This document shows positions 8,663 to 17,893 of a stretch of DNA of 64,000 nucleotides, one piece after another. This stretch comes from a virus: IMG/VR virus record IMGVR_UViG_3300045988_146774, positions 1 to 64,000 of that record, one strand, 5' to 3'. The notes below the pieces were generated by a model. It did not search any database. It was not told the DNA's origin and was given only the letters and a program-made list of their open reading frames with translations. The position numbers and the translations under genes are program-made. Each line of letters opens with the position of its first letter. Position 1 is the first letter of the stretch.

Positions 8663-9076
8663 TTATACATACCCAATCATTTTCTCAAAATACATTGCTG
8701 CTTTTCCGTTGCCACCTTCATATTTATATCCAATACATCCAATTAATGCAGAATCTAAAGAAGAATATGAATTATTTGTATCACGATAATTGATATATCC
8801 ATGATAATATGTTTTATTCTCTTTTTTATCAATATACTTTACAACCTGATATTCTCCGATACAATAAACTTTAATCACATTGCCCCATATAAATTCTTTT
8901 TCTATTAATTCCAGTTTTTCATCATGAGTTGCTTCTCTTACATCGTTAGCAGTGATTGTATCTAGATCGCTAAAATAGCATCTTCCAGAATTACGTGGAC
9001 GAAACTTAAAATTATTTTCACTTTTTACTACTGTTCCAATCTGATTTTTATATACAACAATATCTCCATATTTCAT
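8663..9076 (-). CDS. hypothetical protein
   Basis: Start at ATG 9076 (MKYGDIV..), just after the upstream stop. The longest ORF to 9124 overlaps by 44 nt. Confidence 0.65.
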   Translation of the reverse strand: MKYGDIVVYKNQIGTVVKSENNFKFRPRNSGRCYFSDLDTITANDVREATHDEKLELIEKEFIWGNVIKVYCIGEYQVVKYIDKKENKTYYHGYINYRDTNNSYSSLDSALIGCIGYKYEGGNGKAAMYFEKMIGYV

Positions 9077-9080
9077 ATAA

Positions 9081-9416
9081 TCATAACCTTTCTCTAATAA
9101 ACTCACAATCCGGACTGACACCAATTGCTCTCATCCAACACTCTGCTGTTTCGCAACATCCTCTATGAAAGTTATAATTTGCATCTTCTTCTATTTCTTG
9201 TTCGTTCATTTCTGATTCGTATTCATTAAGAATTTGTTTATGGTCAATATATGCCAGCATCATATTCTCAATTGCATTTTTACTTATTTTCATACCATTA
9301 TCCTCCACTACATCTCCGAAAATTTTATCAAATGTATCTGGATCTTCACTATCTTTCACAGAAACTTCAACCCCGAACTTATCTTTGGCATATTTAATAA
9401 AATCATCTAATTCCAT
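9081..9416 (-). CDS. hypothetical protein
   Basis: 111-aa acidic ORF with SD GGGAGGG upstream. Confidence 0.7.
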   Translation of the reverse strand: MELDDFIKYAKDKFGVEVSVKDSEDPDTFDKIFGDVVEDNGMKISKNAIENMMLAYIDHKQILNEYESEMNEQEIEEDANYNFHRGCCETAECWMRAIGVSPDCEFIRERL

Positions 9417-9458
9417 TTTATTTACCCTCCCTACACAACAGGTAAAATTCTGTATCCA

Positions 9459-9707
9459 TTATTCAGCTTCTCTCAACGCATAATCTCTAAACCTATCTGT
9501 GCAAATTTGATTATCATATGTTTCTTTCGGACATTCTCCATATATTTCCTTACAATTATCACACATGAAGATATCTTTCGTATCTATTGGACTTTTTTCA
9601 AAATTATAATCACCAGTAAGCATATCTGAGAAGTTTTCGAACTGATCTACTGTCATATTCTCTATTTGTTTAATAATGTTTCTCTTCATTCTGTCAATAT
9701 TCTTCAT
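9459..9707 (-). CDS. hypothetical protein
   Basis: Start at ATG 9707 (MKNIDR..; SD AGGGAGA 8 nt upstream). The longest ORF extends to 9746. Confidence 0.6.
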   Translation of the reverse strand: MKNIDRMKRNIIKQIENMTVDQFENFSDMLTGDYNFEKSPIDTKDIFMCDNCKEIYGECPKETYDNQICTDRFRDYALREAE

Positions 9708-9805
9708 ATTACAAATCTCCCTTGTGTTATATTTTGAATTAACCATAACACATTAAATATCTTATGCCTACGGACATCGTTACCGTTTTGTGAAGGAATT
9801 AGTTT

Positions 9806-10156
9806 TTAACCAATCATTCTCTGTATCTTGTTATAATCAATTTGCGTATATAATTCTTTATTGAATTTTTCCAAATCTTCTGATTTCTCGCATTGTTCGC
9901 AATATTCATTAACATCTTCAAAGAAATCATTTTCTGTTTCCATGTACCAATCACACCATTCTTTCTCTTCTTCATCCCACATCTGAAGACCACCTACATT
10001 TGAATAGTCTGGTTTTACATTGTTTTGCAACTGAAACAAATCATATGCTGCTAAAATATCCATTATTTTCTTGCCGTCTTCTACTGTCTCCACTGGAATA
10101 TAAAACGTTTGTCCAATACCTATTTGTGGAATCCACCATACTCTTAATTTACTCAT
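9806..10156 (-). CDS. hypothetical protein
   Basis: 116-aa ORF with SD GAAGGGA upstream. Confidence 0.7.
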   Translation of the reverse strand: MSKLRVWWIPQIGIGQTFYIPVETVEDGKKIMDILAAYDLFQLQNNVKPDYSNVGGLQMWDEEEKEWCDWYMETENDFFEDVNEYCEQCEKSEDLEKFNKELYTQIDYNKIQRMIG

Positions 10157-10212
10157 ATTGCATTCTTCCCTTCAATTTCATGAAAACTTGGTTTCATTTG
10201 TTCTTAAATTTC

Positions 10213-10479
10213 CTAGGATTCTACTCCTATTATTTCTATATATTTTGAACAGTCAATAATATGGATTTCAACGAAATATTCTCCACAATTTATATATGCC
10301 ATTTCTTTTTCTATGTTGATTTCTTTTGCTGCTTTAAATTTTTTAGAATACTCAATCATATATCCTATGGCTTTATCATGATTTGAAAAAAATTTTTTAG
10401 AAATATCGAATCCACGAAATACTAGATCTTTATTGTTATTAACTATCAGAACCATATAATTATTTACTTTACATTTCAT
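10213..10479 (-). CDS. hypothetical protein
   Basis: ATG abuts the upstream stop, with SD GGAGA inside the upstream gene. Confidence 0.65.
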   Translation of the reverse strand: MKCKVNNYMVLIVNNNKDLVFRGFDISKKFFSNHDKAIGYMIEYSKKFKAAKEINIEKEMAYINCGEYFVEIHIIDCSKYIEIIGVES

Positions 10480-10665
10480 CTATTTATTCTCCATCATTTC
10501 TTCTACAAGCTGCTTCATATAAGAGATTTCTGACATATCAAATTTTTCGACCGCATTTTTCAATTCAACACTTACAATATCCATTTTTGATAATGTCTCA
10601 ATTGCATTTTCCATATGTTCATATGCTTTATCCAGATCATTCCATACTTTTTGTAATTTGTTCAT
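10480..10665 (-). CDS. hypothetical protein
   Basis: 61-aa ORF. SD GAGGTGA; the ATG abuts the upstream stop. Confidence 0.6.
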   Translation of the reverse strand: MNKLQKVWNDLDKAYEHMENAIETLSKMDIVSVELKNAVEKFDMSEISYMKQLVEEMMENK

Positions 10666-10866
10666 TTATATCACCTCAACTATCTCACAATCAATTAAAT
10701 TGTTATAAACATTGGTATCCATCAGTGTATCCAATGCTATTTGTGCGCCTAAATATGTTTTAAATGCTCTCGCTTCTTCAATTGTTCCAAGAACTTTGTA
10801 TTTTTCGCCACCTACAATATAAGAACCTTTGCAAATATAATCTGTTCCACATTTTATATAATACAT
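10666..10866 (-). CDS. hypothetical protein
   Basis: 66-aa ORF with SD GAGGTGA upstream. Confidence 0.6.
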   Translation of the reverse strand: MYYIKCGTDYICKGSYIVGGEKYKVLGTIEEARAFKTYLGAQIALDTLMDTNVYNNLIDCEIVEVI

Positions 10867-10946
10867 TTATTATCACCTCAATATTATATTCTCTATTATA
10901 TCAGAAATGGAACTGCCTTACGACAATTCCATTATCTTTGAATCTA

Positions 10947-11339
10947 TTATTTCATTTCTAAAATTTTAATTACTTTTGCATTCTCAATAATTATTTCGTT
11001 AATATCATTTCCTTCAGAATAATCATTACCGGCAATTAAGTATAAATATTTTCCATTATAAGATTTCACATCTTCCATAGACTCCTTGATTTTATCTTTA
11101 TCTACATATATAGCTGATGTACCGTTAAGTTCGCCTGCATCATAAAATCCTTTATATATACCTTCTTCTATGTATGGATATAAAAGCTCTGTACATGTAA
11201 AATCTGTATATTGAGGGTCTTGGTAAAGTTGATGAGAATTTGGCAATATATCTCCGATTTTATATTCTAGATCATCTTTTCTAAGTCCAAAAATTTCATA
11301 TCCAAATTCTTGAATTCCTTCGTTCAATTCTTTATACAT
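10947..11339 (-). CDS. hypothetical protein
   Basis: Start at ATG 11339 (MYKELNEG..), preceded by AGGAGGAGG. The longest ORF extends to 11372. Confidence 0.65.
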   Translation of the reverse strand: MYKELNEGIQEFGYEIFGLRKDDLEYKIGDILPNSHQLYQDPQYTDFTCTELLYPYIEEGIYKGFYDAGELNGTSAIYVDKDKIKESMEDVKSYNGKYLYLIAGNDYSEGNDINEIIIENAKVIKILEMK

Positions 11340-11372
11340 TTTACCTCCTCCTATGAAAAATTGTTTCATCAT

Positions 11373-11792
11373 TTACATTCTATTTTCCACTTTTAATACA
11401 TTCATCAAAGCTTCTTGTAAAATCCGTGATACATTCACACCTGCTTGATCTGCTTCATAATTTAACCAACTAGGCAATGCAACATTTCTCCTAACTGTTT
11501 TTGTATCAATCTTTTTCCTATATATAGCCGAATCAATATCAACAAAAGACACTATTGTTTCCCCATCATTCGCAAATGTTCCCTTTGTAATATCTAAATC
11601 TTTTAGATCTGATGGAGATGGAATTTTTTCATTATTATCTTCCATTGATACACATTCTAATTCGATTGCATCTCTAGCCATTTCCATAGCATCATTCATA
11701 TCATTTCCTTCAGTCAGAATACTAAAATCTGGAACTTCAACTAATATATTTTCGTTTGTTTTGGTGAAAAATACAGGATATACATTTTTCAT
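11373..11792 (-). CDS. hicB: HicB-family antitoxin
   Basis: N-terminal YPVFF..ILVEVPDFSILTEGNDMNDAMEMARDAIEL fits the HicB fold. The C-terminus RRNVALPSWLNYEADQAGVNVSRILQEAL is RHH-like. Confidence 0.85.
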   Translation of the reverse strand: MKNVYPVFFTKTNENILVEVPDFSILTEGNDMNDAMEMARDAIELECVSMEDNNEKIPSPSDLKDLDITKGTFANDGETIVSFVDIDSAIYRKKIDTKTVRRNVALPSWLNYEADQAGVNVSRILQEALMNVLKVENRM

Positions 11793-11849
11793 CTATTAAC
11801 AACCTCCATTCAATGTTTTATATAATAAAAATCATTAAAGATTAATGGA

Positions 11850-12023
11850 CTATAAAAGTCCATTTCTCTTTAATATTGCCTTTGCCAACCGTTCATTAAT
11901 CTCTTTGTGTCTTGGGATAGTTTCTTTAACATTTCCTTTTATATAAATATCATGGCTCCCACCATGTCTTTCGAAAATAAATCCGCCATCTTCAAGTTTC
12001 TTTACTAAATCATTTCTCTTCAC
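11850..12023 (-). CDS. hicA: HicA-family mRNA interferase toxin (57 aa, GTG start)
   Basis: Not in the ORF track. Hand translation: VKRNDLVKKLEDGGFIFERHGGSHDIYIKGNVKETIPRHKEINERLAKAILKRNGLL. SD AGAGGTGA upstream; lies directly upstream of hicB. Confidence 0.8.
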   Translation of the reverse strand: MKRNDLVKKLEDGGFIFERHGGSHDIYIKGNVKETIPRHKEINERLAKAILKRNGLL

Positions 12024-12095
12024 GTATAAGTATCACCTCTTTCTACTTATATTATACACAATTAGTGTGTAATGTCAATATTTTTAATACACACT

Positions 12096-12215
12096 TTATA
12101 CACAACGGTTACAAATCCATTTATAATCTCTTTCCGTCATAACAGAAACATTACATCCAATCATAACAGTAATCATTTTCTTTCCATTTGTCTCAAATCT
12201 ACTAATTACTTTCAT
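12096..12215 (-). CDS. small hypothetical protein (39 aa)
   Basis: Below cutoff. SD GGAGG lies 7 nt before ATG 12215. Confidence 0.4.
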   Translation of the reverse strand: MKVISRFETNGKKMITVMIGCNVSVMTERDYKWICNRCV

Positions 12216-12218
12216 ATC

Positions 12219-13364
12219 TTATTCCTCCATTAGTTCTTCAATTGCCTTTGTAAATTTCTTCTGCAAAGACTTTCGTGTATTAATCAAATCTTTCTTGGTT
12301 GGCTTTCCACCGCATTCATTTATATATCTTGTTACAAGATTCTTCCAACCAATCCGGCTATTCTCTTCCATTCTTGTGTACACCTTCTTATATGTAACCA
12401 TAAAACCATTACTGTGATCATCATATTTCTTTACAAGCGGAAGAATCTGTTGATCTGACCAATCAATTTCATTCTTCTTTTCCTTAGCTTCTTTTGCTTT
12501 ATATTCCATATCTGTCAACACAGCTATGAAAATACTTCGGAGATCTTCATTTTGATACACAACCTCAATGGTCTTTGGTGAATAACTGAGATTATTCCGT
12601 TCCTTATAGTCTTTTGCCTCCTGTTCCCAGCAGATACCATAATTCTGTCTCATGTAATCATAAATATGTTTTAAGACGCTTGCTGTTTTACGGAAACTAC
12701 TATTACATACAATGTTTTCCGCTTTTCCGTACACAATCTGTTTCCACGAATCTTCTTCTGAAATTTCTTTTACAGGTATTTTATTTTCCGGCAATTGTGT
12801 TTCTTTTCGTGAACTCATATCAAGAAGCAACTTCGCCATATTTGACATTCCATTGTATAATTTCTGATTCTGTTCTTCCAGGTCGTCTAATTTTGCATAA
12901 AGAATTTCAAATTCTTCTGCATAGTTTGGAACTTCAGGAATAGGAATCTGAATCATATTATTCCTAACTGCCGGAACAATCTCTTTTTTCCTTTTAGAAA
13001 GAAATGCTTCGGCTAACACATCTTTTGCCTTAAGCTGATACTCGATCAATCTATCAACCAATTCCGGATTTTCTCTTTTCATTGTCGGGGTAATGTTGAT
13101 TTTCGCTAACCACAACGGAAGAAAATCAAGCATCAGACATAAAACATCACTGTTTGCGTTGTCTGTGCCTAGGGGAAGAAATTTCTTCCCCTTATTTAAG
13201 ACAACATCTTCTTGTATTCTTTTTCTTTCTGTTTTTATTTTTCCATCATTAAGCCCTAAACCTTGACACACCCATCTAACACCTACATATACAATATCTT
13301 CCACCTGTGCAGCTCTCAATACCGCACCATTAAACTCTACATCTTTTACTGCCAATCCATGCAT
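12219..13364 (-). CDS. phage antirepressor, P22 AR N-terminal-domain type
   Basis: VEFNGAVLRAAQ..VYVGVRWVCQGLGL..GKIKTERKRIQ...LPLWLAKINI...IEYQLKAKDVLAEAF resembles the P22 Ant N-terminal domain. Start at ATG 13364 sits 7 nt after GGAGGA. Confidence 0.7.
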   Translation of the reverse strand: MHGLAVKDVEFNGAVLRAAQVEDIVYVGVRWVCQGLGLNDGKIKTERKRIQEDVVLNKGKKFLPLGTDNANSDVLCLMLDFLPLWLAKINITPTMKRENPELVDRLIEYQLKAKDVLAEAFLSKRKKEIVPAVRNNMIQIPIPEVPNYAEEFEILYAKLDDLEEQNQKLYNGMSNMAKLLLDMSSRKETQLPENKIPVKEISEEDSWKQIVYGKAENIVCNSSFRKTASVLKHIYDYMRQNYGICWEQEAKDYKERNNLSYSPKTIEVVYQNEDLRSIFIAVLTDMEYKAKEAKEKKNEIDWSDQQILPLVKKYDDHSNGFMVTYKKVYTRMEENSRIGWKNLVTRYINECGGKPTKKDLINTRKSLQKKFTKAIEELMEE

Positions 13365-13560
13365 AATCATTTCCTCCATAATATTTCTCATGTAAAATTT
13401 CTGCTTCTACACGCTTCTCACAATAGAAATCCCTTTCTCTGATTTCCAATGCTTTGACTTCCTCTTTACAAAAAGTACACCATTGATTTTTTATATGGTT
13501 CTCTTTTCTCATATTGTGTATCCGCTGTAATCCGTTGCAAGTACATCCTTCTGTTCTCAA
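13330..13560 (-). CDS. hypothetical Cys-containing protein (start uncertain)
   Basis: 76-aa ORF with no clear SD. An alternative ATG is at 13512. Confidence 0.4.
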   Translation of the reverse strand: MRTEGCTCNGLQRIHNMRKENHIKNQWCTFCKEEVKALEIRERDFYCEKRVEAEILHEKYYGGNDYAWIGSKRCRV

Positions 13561-13617
13561 ACATCTTAGACAGATAAATTCCGATGACTTCTTTGGATTC
13601 CCTTTCTTTTGCTCATG

Positions 13618-13686
13618 CTATTCACCTTTAATAATTCCGACCATTCCAAATCCGATGATAAGCAATACTATTCCAAATCCAAACAT
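13618..13686 (-). CDS. micro-ORF, 22-aa hydrophobic peptide
   Basis: MFGFGIVLLIIGFGMVGIIKGE; SD GGTGATAAGA-ATG. Confidence 0.4.
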   Translation of the reverse strand: MFGFGIVLLIIGFGMVGIIKGE

Positions 13687-13695
13687 TCTTATCAC

Positions 13696-13761
13696 CTACC
13701 TGTCTAAAATACATCCGATTAAGTATGCGATTCCGGCTACAATTAATCTAATTATTATCAT
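13696..13761 (-). CDS. micro-ORF, 21-aa hydrophobic peptide
   Basis: MIIIRLIVAGIAYLIGCILDR; SD AAAGGAAAGTGATATAAGA-ATG. Confidence 0.4.
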   Translation of the reverse strand: MIIIRLIVAGIAYLIGCILDR

Positions 13762-13779
13762 TCTTATATCACTTTCCTT

Positions 13780-13866
13780 TTACTGTGCTGCTCCCCACAA
13801 GATACCAATGATAAATCCGACAAAAATTACATATCCAATTATTCTTCCTAATTCGTACATATGCAT
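13780..13866 (-). CDS. micro-ORF, 28-aa hydrophobic peptide
   Basis: MHMYELGRIIGYVIFVGFIIGILWGAAQ; SD AGGAAGGGGA upstream. Confidence 0.45.
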   Translation of the reverse strand: MHMYELGRIIGYVIFVGFIIGILWGAAQ

Positions 13867-13876
13867 TATCCCCTTC

Positions 13877-14128
13877 CTAGACCCAACAAATTTTTAACAT
13901 TATCAATCCAAAAACTATTACAAATATTGCAAAACTGGTAACAAATGAATCACTGATTTCCATTTTCTGCTTATCTTCTTCCGTTTCTTTTTCTTTTCCA
14001 ACGATTGTGAATGGTACATCTACACATTCCTTTGCAGTTTTATTCTGAAAATTCATAATGTCTATTTCTTTAATAGCTGGCTCTAAAATATCATAATCTC
14101 CAAATCCGGCTACTTTCTTATATAACAT
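13877..14128 (-). CDS. small membrane-anchored protein (C-terminal TM)
   Basis: Start at ATG 14128 after AGGAGG. The C-terminus FVTSFAIFVIVFGLIMLKICWV is hydrophobic. Confidence 0.6.
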   Translation of the reverse strand: MLYKKVAGFGDYDILEPAIKEIDIMNFQNKTAKECVDVPFTIVGKEKETEEDKQKMEISDSFVTSFAIFVIVFGLIMLKICWV

Positions 14129-14129
14129 A

Positions 14130-14279
14130 TCAACGCCTCCTATACACTGCCACGTTTGCATTACTGTCTTGATACCAGTGATATTCCGGATATAAACCTG
14201 ACATACCACAATCTTCTAAGTCATATCTTCTTTTCATCTCGCAAAATTTTTCTTCGGTTTCGCAAAATATTTTTTCCAT
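14130..14279 (-). CDS. small hypothetical protein (49 aa)
   Basis: Below cutoff. SD AAAGGA lies 8 nt upstream, and the stop sits next to the following ATG. Confidence 0.45.
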   Translation of the reverse strand: MEKIFCETEEKFCEMKRRYDLEDCGMSGLYPEYHWYQDSNANVAVYRRR

Positions 14280-14384
14280 TGTAATTTTCCTTTCATATTA
14301 AAAATAAGAGTATCGTAATTGACACTCTTATATTCTCTATGTATTTATTCAATTATTATTATTTCATACTGTAAAATCTGGCTT

Positions 14385-14678
14385 TTATTCGCCTGGATAT
14401 TTACCATTGATTTCTTCATTCCACTCACCATTGTAATGCAATAACGACGCTAATATAGATTCTTGACAAGTTTCATATACTCCACACAGAGCAGAATCAC
14501 ATAAACTGCATGGTCGAATTTTCTTTCCACAATCTTTACATTCTATGAAATCCGTTTCCATCGGATTGAAACTTTCAAATGGTGTCTCATATCCACAATT
14601 AGGACAAAGTTCATCTCCATCCCACAAATCATTCATATACTCTTTCTGTGCATTAGATAATGTTAATTTTTGATACAT
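14385..14678 (-). CDS. zinc-ribbon protein
   Basis: CPNCG...CKDCG...CSLC motifs; SD GAGGTGA upstream. Confidence 0.7.
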   Translation of the reverse strand: MYQKLTLSNAQKEYMNDLWDGDELCPNCGYETPFESFNPMETDFIECKDCGKKIRPCSLCDSALCGVYETCQESILASLLHYNGEWNEEINGKYPGE

Positions 14679-14689
14679 ACTTAATCACC

Positions 14690-14866
14690 TCAAATTTCAC
14701 CTTTTACATCTTCTAAACTTCCTCTTACAGAACACCCTTCCGTATCATGTTTTGAAAGAATTTTCCAAATTGCATTTTGTTCTTTTTCGGATAATGTGAA
14801 TCCATTCCAATATCCTACTGTCCCATCACTGTGACCAAACATAATTCCAATGATTTCCGTATCCAT
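14690..14866 (-). CDS. small hypothetical protein (58 aa)
   Basis: Below cutoff. SD AAGGTGA upstream of ATG 14866. Confidence 0.5.
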   Translation of the reverse strand: MDTEIIGIMFGHSDGTVGYWNGFTLSEKEQNAIWKILSKHDTEGCSVRGSLEDVKGEI

Positions 14867-14877
14867 ATTATCACCTT

Positions 14878-15888
14878 TTAAATTAATTCCAACTTCATAA
14901 GTTTCTTATATAATTCCATCAACACAGGAATACAAATACTGTTACCGGCAAGATAACTTATCTGTTGATCTGTCAATCCGCTTTTCTTCATGTGATTATA
15001 ATCTTTATCTTTAAATCCCATTAATCTCAAATGCTCTTTAGATGTAAGCATTCTTAATTTCCCATCATAGTAGATAGCTTGCCTTGGCGCAGTAGTTAAT
15101 GTTTTTGCCACTCCACGACCAACTCTTCCTCTTCTAGTTTTACTACTTGGGAACTCAACATTGATTACATCATACTCATTTACTTCTTTGTATCCAAGTT
15201 TTGTAGCTTCTCTTACACACATCTGTCCATCTTCTCTCGTAAAAAAGATCGCCTTCTCTGCTGGACTGAGCGAATATTTATCCCAATCTACACCCTTTTC
15301 AAGATAATGGCTAATATCTTTTTTTAATTCTACTGCTTTTGGAAACTCAAATTCCTTTTCTCCTAATTTGTCCTCCAGAATGCTAATTGTATATAATCTT
15401 TCTCTTGCTTGTGGGATATTATAATCTGCTGCATTTAAAATCTTGTAATAGTTTTTGTACCCCATTCTTTCCATTTCACTAAGATAATGGTAGTGATGAA
15501 CTCGATGATTAACTTTTTTGCCTTCAGAAAGAAGATTTGGAACGTTCTCCCAAATAACTACTGTGGGTCTTTTTGGAAGTTTGTGATCAATAATTGCCAA
15601 TGTTTCTTCAAATAATATTGAACGTCCTGTATTAATATTGTTTCTTCCATTTTTGCTGAAATCCTGGCAAGGTGAGCCGTGTATAAGAATATCAGGATCT
15701 AAATTCCATCCGACTACACTTTGCGGTTTATACTCAATATCAAATATTGAATTATAAGCTTGGACTGCGAATGGAAGAATTTCCACATAATCAATACTCT
15801 TAATATCGAATCCTAAGTTTTCCAGTGCCTTTCTTGGTGCGCCAATGCCACCAAATAATTCTAAGATTTTTAATGTTTTATTTTCCAT
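14878..15888 (-). CDS. DNA (cytosine-5) methyltransferase
   Basis: Motif I LFGGIGA, motif [10 protein letters not shown], motif VI ENVPNL and a C-terminal GNSI motif. SD GGAGG upstream. Confidence 0.92.
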   Translation of the reverse strand: MENKTLKILELFGGIGAPRKALENLGFDIKSIDYVEILPFAVQAYNSIFDIEYKPQSVVGWNLDPDILIHGSPCQDFSKNGRNNINTGRSILFEETLAIIDHKLPKRPTVVIWENVPNLLSEGKKVNHRVHHYHYLSEMERMGYKNYYKILNAADYNIPQARERLYTISILEDKLGEKEFEFPKAVELKKDISHYLEKGVDWDKYSLSPAEKAIFFTREDGQMCVREATKLGYKEVNEYDVINVEFPSSKTRRGRVGRGVAKTLTTAPRQAIYYDGKLRMLTSKEHLRLMGFKDKDYNHMKKSGLTDQQISYLAGNSICIPVLMELYKKLMKLELI

Positions 15889-15934
15889 ATGTTATCTGCC
15901 TCCAATCAAATATTTATTCTCCGTTTTATGTACT

Positions 15935-15962
15935 AAAAAACAGACAGCTTTTATACTGTCTG
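15935..15962 (-). terminator. intrinsic terminator
   Basis: CAGACAG-N8-CTGTCTG stem followed by T6 on the minus strand. Confidence 0.6.
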
Positions 15963-16004
15963 CCAATCAAATCCGACTTTCATCAACTTTTATTAAGCTT
16001 TCTT

Positions 16005-16205
16005 TTAAATTTCTGAAAAATATCGATTAATAATACTTTCAGGAATCGCTAATATTCTTCCGTCACTTTTTAATTTATATAAGTTATCCCTAATTAATCT
16101 CTTGTGAATTAGAATAACTATAGATTTTGGCAAAATTTCATAAACTGAACCATCCCATTGATATCCATTTTGGCTACAACCATTTAAAATATATTGTTTT
16201 CCCAA
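16005..16205 (-). CDS. hypothetical protein (TTG start)
   Basis: 66-aa ORF with SD AGGAG 9 nt upstream. Confidence 0.55.
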   Translation of the reverse strand: MGKQYILNGCSQNGYQWDGSVYEILPKSIVILIHKRLIRDNLYKLKSDGRILAIPESIINRYFSEI

Positions 16206-16228
16206 TTCTCTATTCTCCTAAATAATAT

Positions 16229-16690
16229 TTACCATTCCATAGATCTATCTATTTTGAGCATTTTTACATCTTCCGACATAACACCATAATTAGGTCTATT
16301 ATATTTATATCCATGTTCATCTCTGTATTTTTCAAGTGTATTAAACATATCTCGTTCCAACTGTAAAACCCAATCTTCTGATTTCCAATCTACATTTACA
16401 TTGCTTTCCACATAACCATCTGGCTCCCATTCATAATTTTTAACGCAAACAAAGTAATCAACAACAGGTGCTTTGTTGCCAGAACACGGAATACGAGATA
16501 CTTGTTCTTCAGTTAGAATATTTAATTCTATATCTAAATATCCAAACTCCAGAACTGCAACACCTATGTGTCTTTCTCCGTTTTCTTCCATATTTTCCAT
16601 CCAATTTTTACGAAGATCATTAATCAGATTCTCAACTCCGTTTAAGTGAAATTTATACTCTTTAAATTTTTTCGCTTCTTCAAACGTCAT
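16229..16690 (-). CDS. hypothetical protein
   Basis: Start at ATG 16690 (MTFEEAKKF..). The longest ORF to 16810 overlaps the upstream gene. Confidence 0.65.
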   Translation of the reverse strand: MTFEEAKKFKEYKFHLNGVENLINDLRKNWMENMEENGERHIGVAVLEFGYLDIELNILTEEQVSRIPCSGNKAPVVDYFVCVKNYEWEPDGYVESNVNVDWKSEDWVLQLERDMFNTLEKYRDEHGYKYNRPNYGVMSEDVKMLKIDRSMEW

Positions 16691-16718
16691 TCCAATCAAA
16701 CCTCTCTTCCATCTACTA

Positions 16719-16937
16719 TTACTGTAGTAAACACATATATAAATTAAATGCCTCGTTCCGTGTAAGTTTTTCTTTGTTGTATGTAAACCTAGTATCAAAA
16801 TGATAATCATTCATCTTTTCTTTGTTTAATGTAAAAACACCTTTTCTTATCATTTCATTAATTTCGCTTACTCTTACTAATGTTTCTCCATTTTCAGTTA
16901 CAGCCATGTTGAAATCTCTTGGGTACACTTCATCCAT
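16719..16937 (-). CDS. hypothetical protein
   Basis: 72-aa ORF in the same-strand array, with only a weak SD. Confidence 0.6.
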   Translation of the reverse strand: MDEVYPRDFNMAVTENGETLVRVSEINEMIRKGVFTLNKEKMNDYHFDTRFTYNKEKLTRNEAFNLYMCLLQ

Positions 16938-16958
16938 TTTTATCTATCTCTCTTTCAT

Positions 16959-17186
16959 CTACTCAATTCCAATCAGTAACTCTCCAAGCTGCTTTGCATC
17001 CTCAATCTTACAAATTGCCGTTGCCTTACTATCTTCCGTTCCGTTTCTCCGTGTAAAATGCGATACAAGATATACTTTATCCGGCATATCTTTTCCGTCC
17101 ACTTTGTAATGTCCGATTTCCACTATTGTATTTTCTTCAAGCTTTCCGATCTCTTTTACTTTGCTATAAATAAATTCTTTTGCCAT
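16959..17186 (-). CDS. hypothetical protein
   Basis: 75-aa ORF with SD AGGAGG upstream. Confidence 0.65.
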   Translation of the reverse strand: MAKEFIYSKVKEIGKLEENTIVEIGHYKVDGKDMPDKVYLVSHFTRRNGTEDSKATAICKIEDAKQLGELLIGIE

Positions 17187-17220
17187 TTTATCAAACCTCC
17201 TGATTTTATATTCTCTAACT

Positions 17221-17250
17221 TAAAAAGCAGACAACATATTGTTATCTGCT
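17221..17250 (-). terminator. intrinsic terminator
   Basis: AGCAGACAAC / GTTATCTGCT stem followed by a T-run on the minus strand, after the stop at 17254. Confidence 0.55.
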
Positions 17251-17253
17251 TTA

Positions 17254-17853
17254 TTAGTTCAAAAATTCCTTTATAGAAACACCATAACCCTCTTTGAATT
17301 CTTCATCGTCCTCTTCATCGTATCCATCTAAAATATCTTGAATATCTGGATGTTGCCAATCTACTGTGTTAAACAATCTTTCTGCAATGTTTTCAATATC
17401 ATGACATTCTTCCATAAAATCTTTTCCTGTATAGCAATTATGGATAATATCTTCAATATCTTCTTCTGTTGCTTTACTATCTACATTTAATTCATTTAAC
17501 CAAATATCCGGTATATAGATAATATTATCAGATACTTCAAAATCTCCTTTGTAGATTAAACATTCCTGACCATCTGAAAATTCAAAAATATCTTCTAAAT
17601 GTTCTCCATTTTTCAACCGTTCTTTTAGTTGCTCTTTTGTAACTGTAATATTTTTCGAGATGTTACTTTCCTTTTTTGTTTCTTTTACTTCCAATTCTCT
17701 CTTGTAGCCATAATTTCCGCCATCACACGGAAGATCAATCTTGCCATCATTAATCATTGTATCTACTTTGTCATAAGCATCATATCCATTTTCTGCTCGC
17801 ACTTCTATTTCTCTGGTATAAGCTTCTGTAATTTTTACTTTGAATGTTTTCAT
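17254..17853 (-). CDS. hypothetical acidic protein
   Basis: 199-aa ORF with SD AAAGGA. The C-terminal half is very acidic. The N-terminal 55 aa vaguely resemble small DpnD/PcfM-like domains (unverified). Confidence 0.7.
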   Translation of the reverse strand: MKTFKVKITEAYTREIEVRAENGYDAYDKVDTMINDGKIDLPCDGGNYGYKRELEVKETKKESNISKNITVTKEQLKERLKNGEHLEDIFEFSDGQECLIYKGDFEVSDNIIYIPDIWLNELNVDSKATEEDIEDIIHNCYTGKDFMEECHDIENIAERLFNTVDWQHPDIQDILDGYDEEDDEEFKEGYGVSIKEFLN

Positions 17854-17893
17854 ATTTATCCTTTCTTATATTGAAATACGATTTTCATTTGTT

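Noticed and set aside
13514-13897. 127-aa plus-strand ORF
   Set aside because: It is on the opposite strand to the entire gene array and has no SD. It is the antisense shadow of three SD-preceded hydrophobic micro-ORFs.
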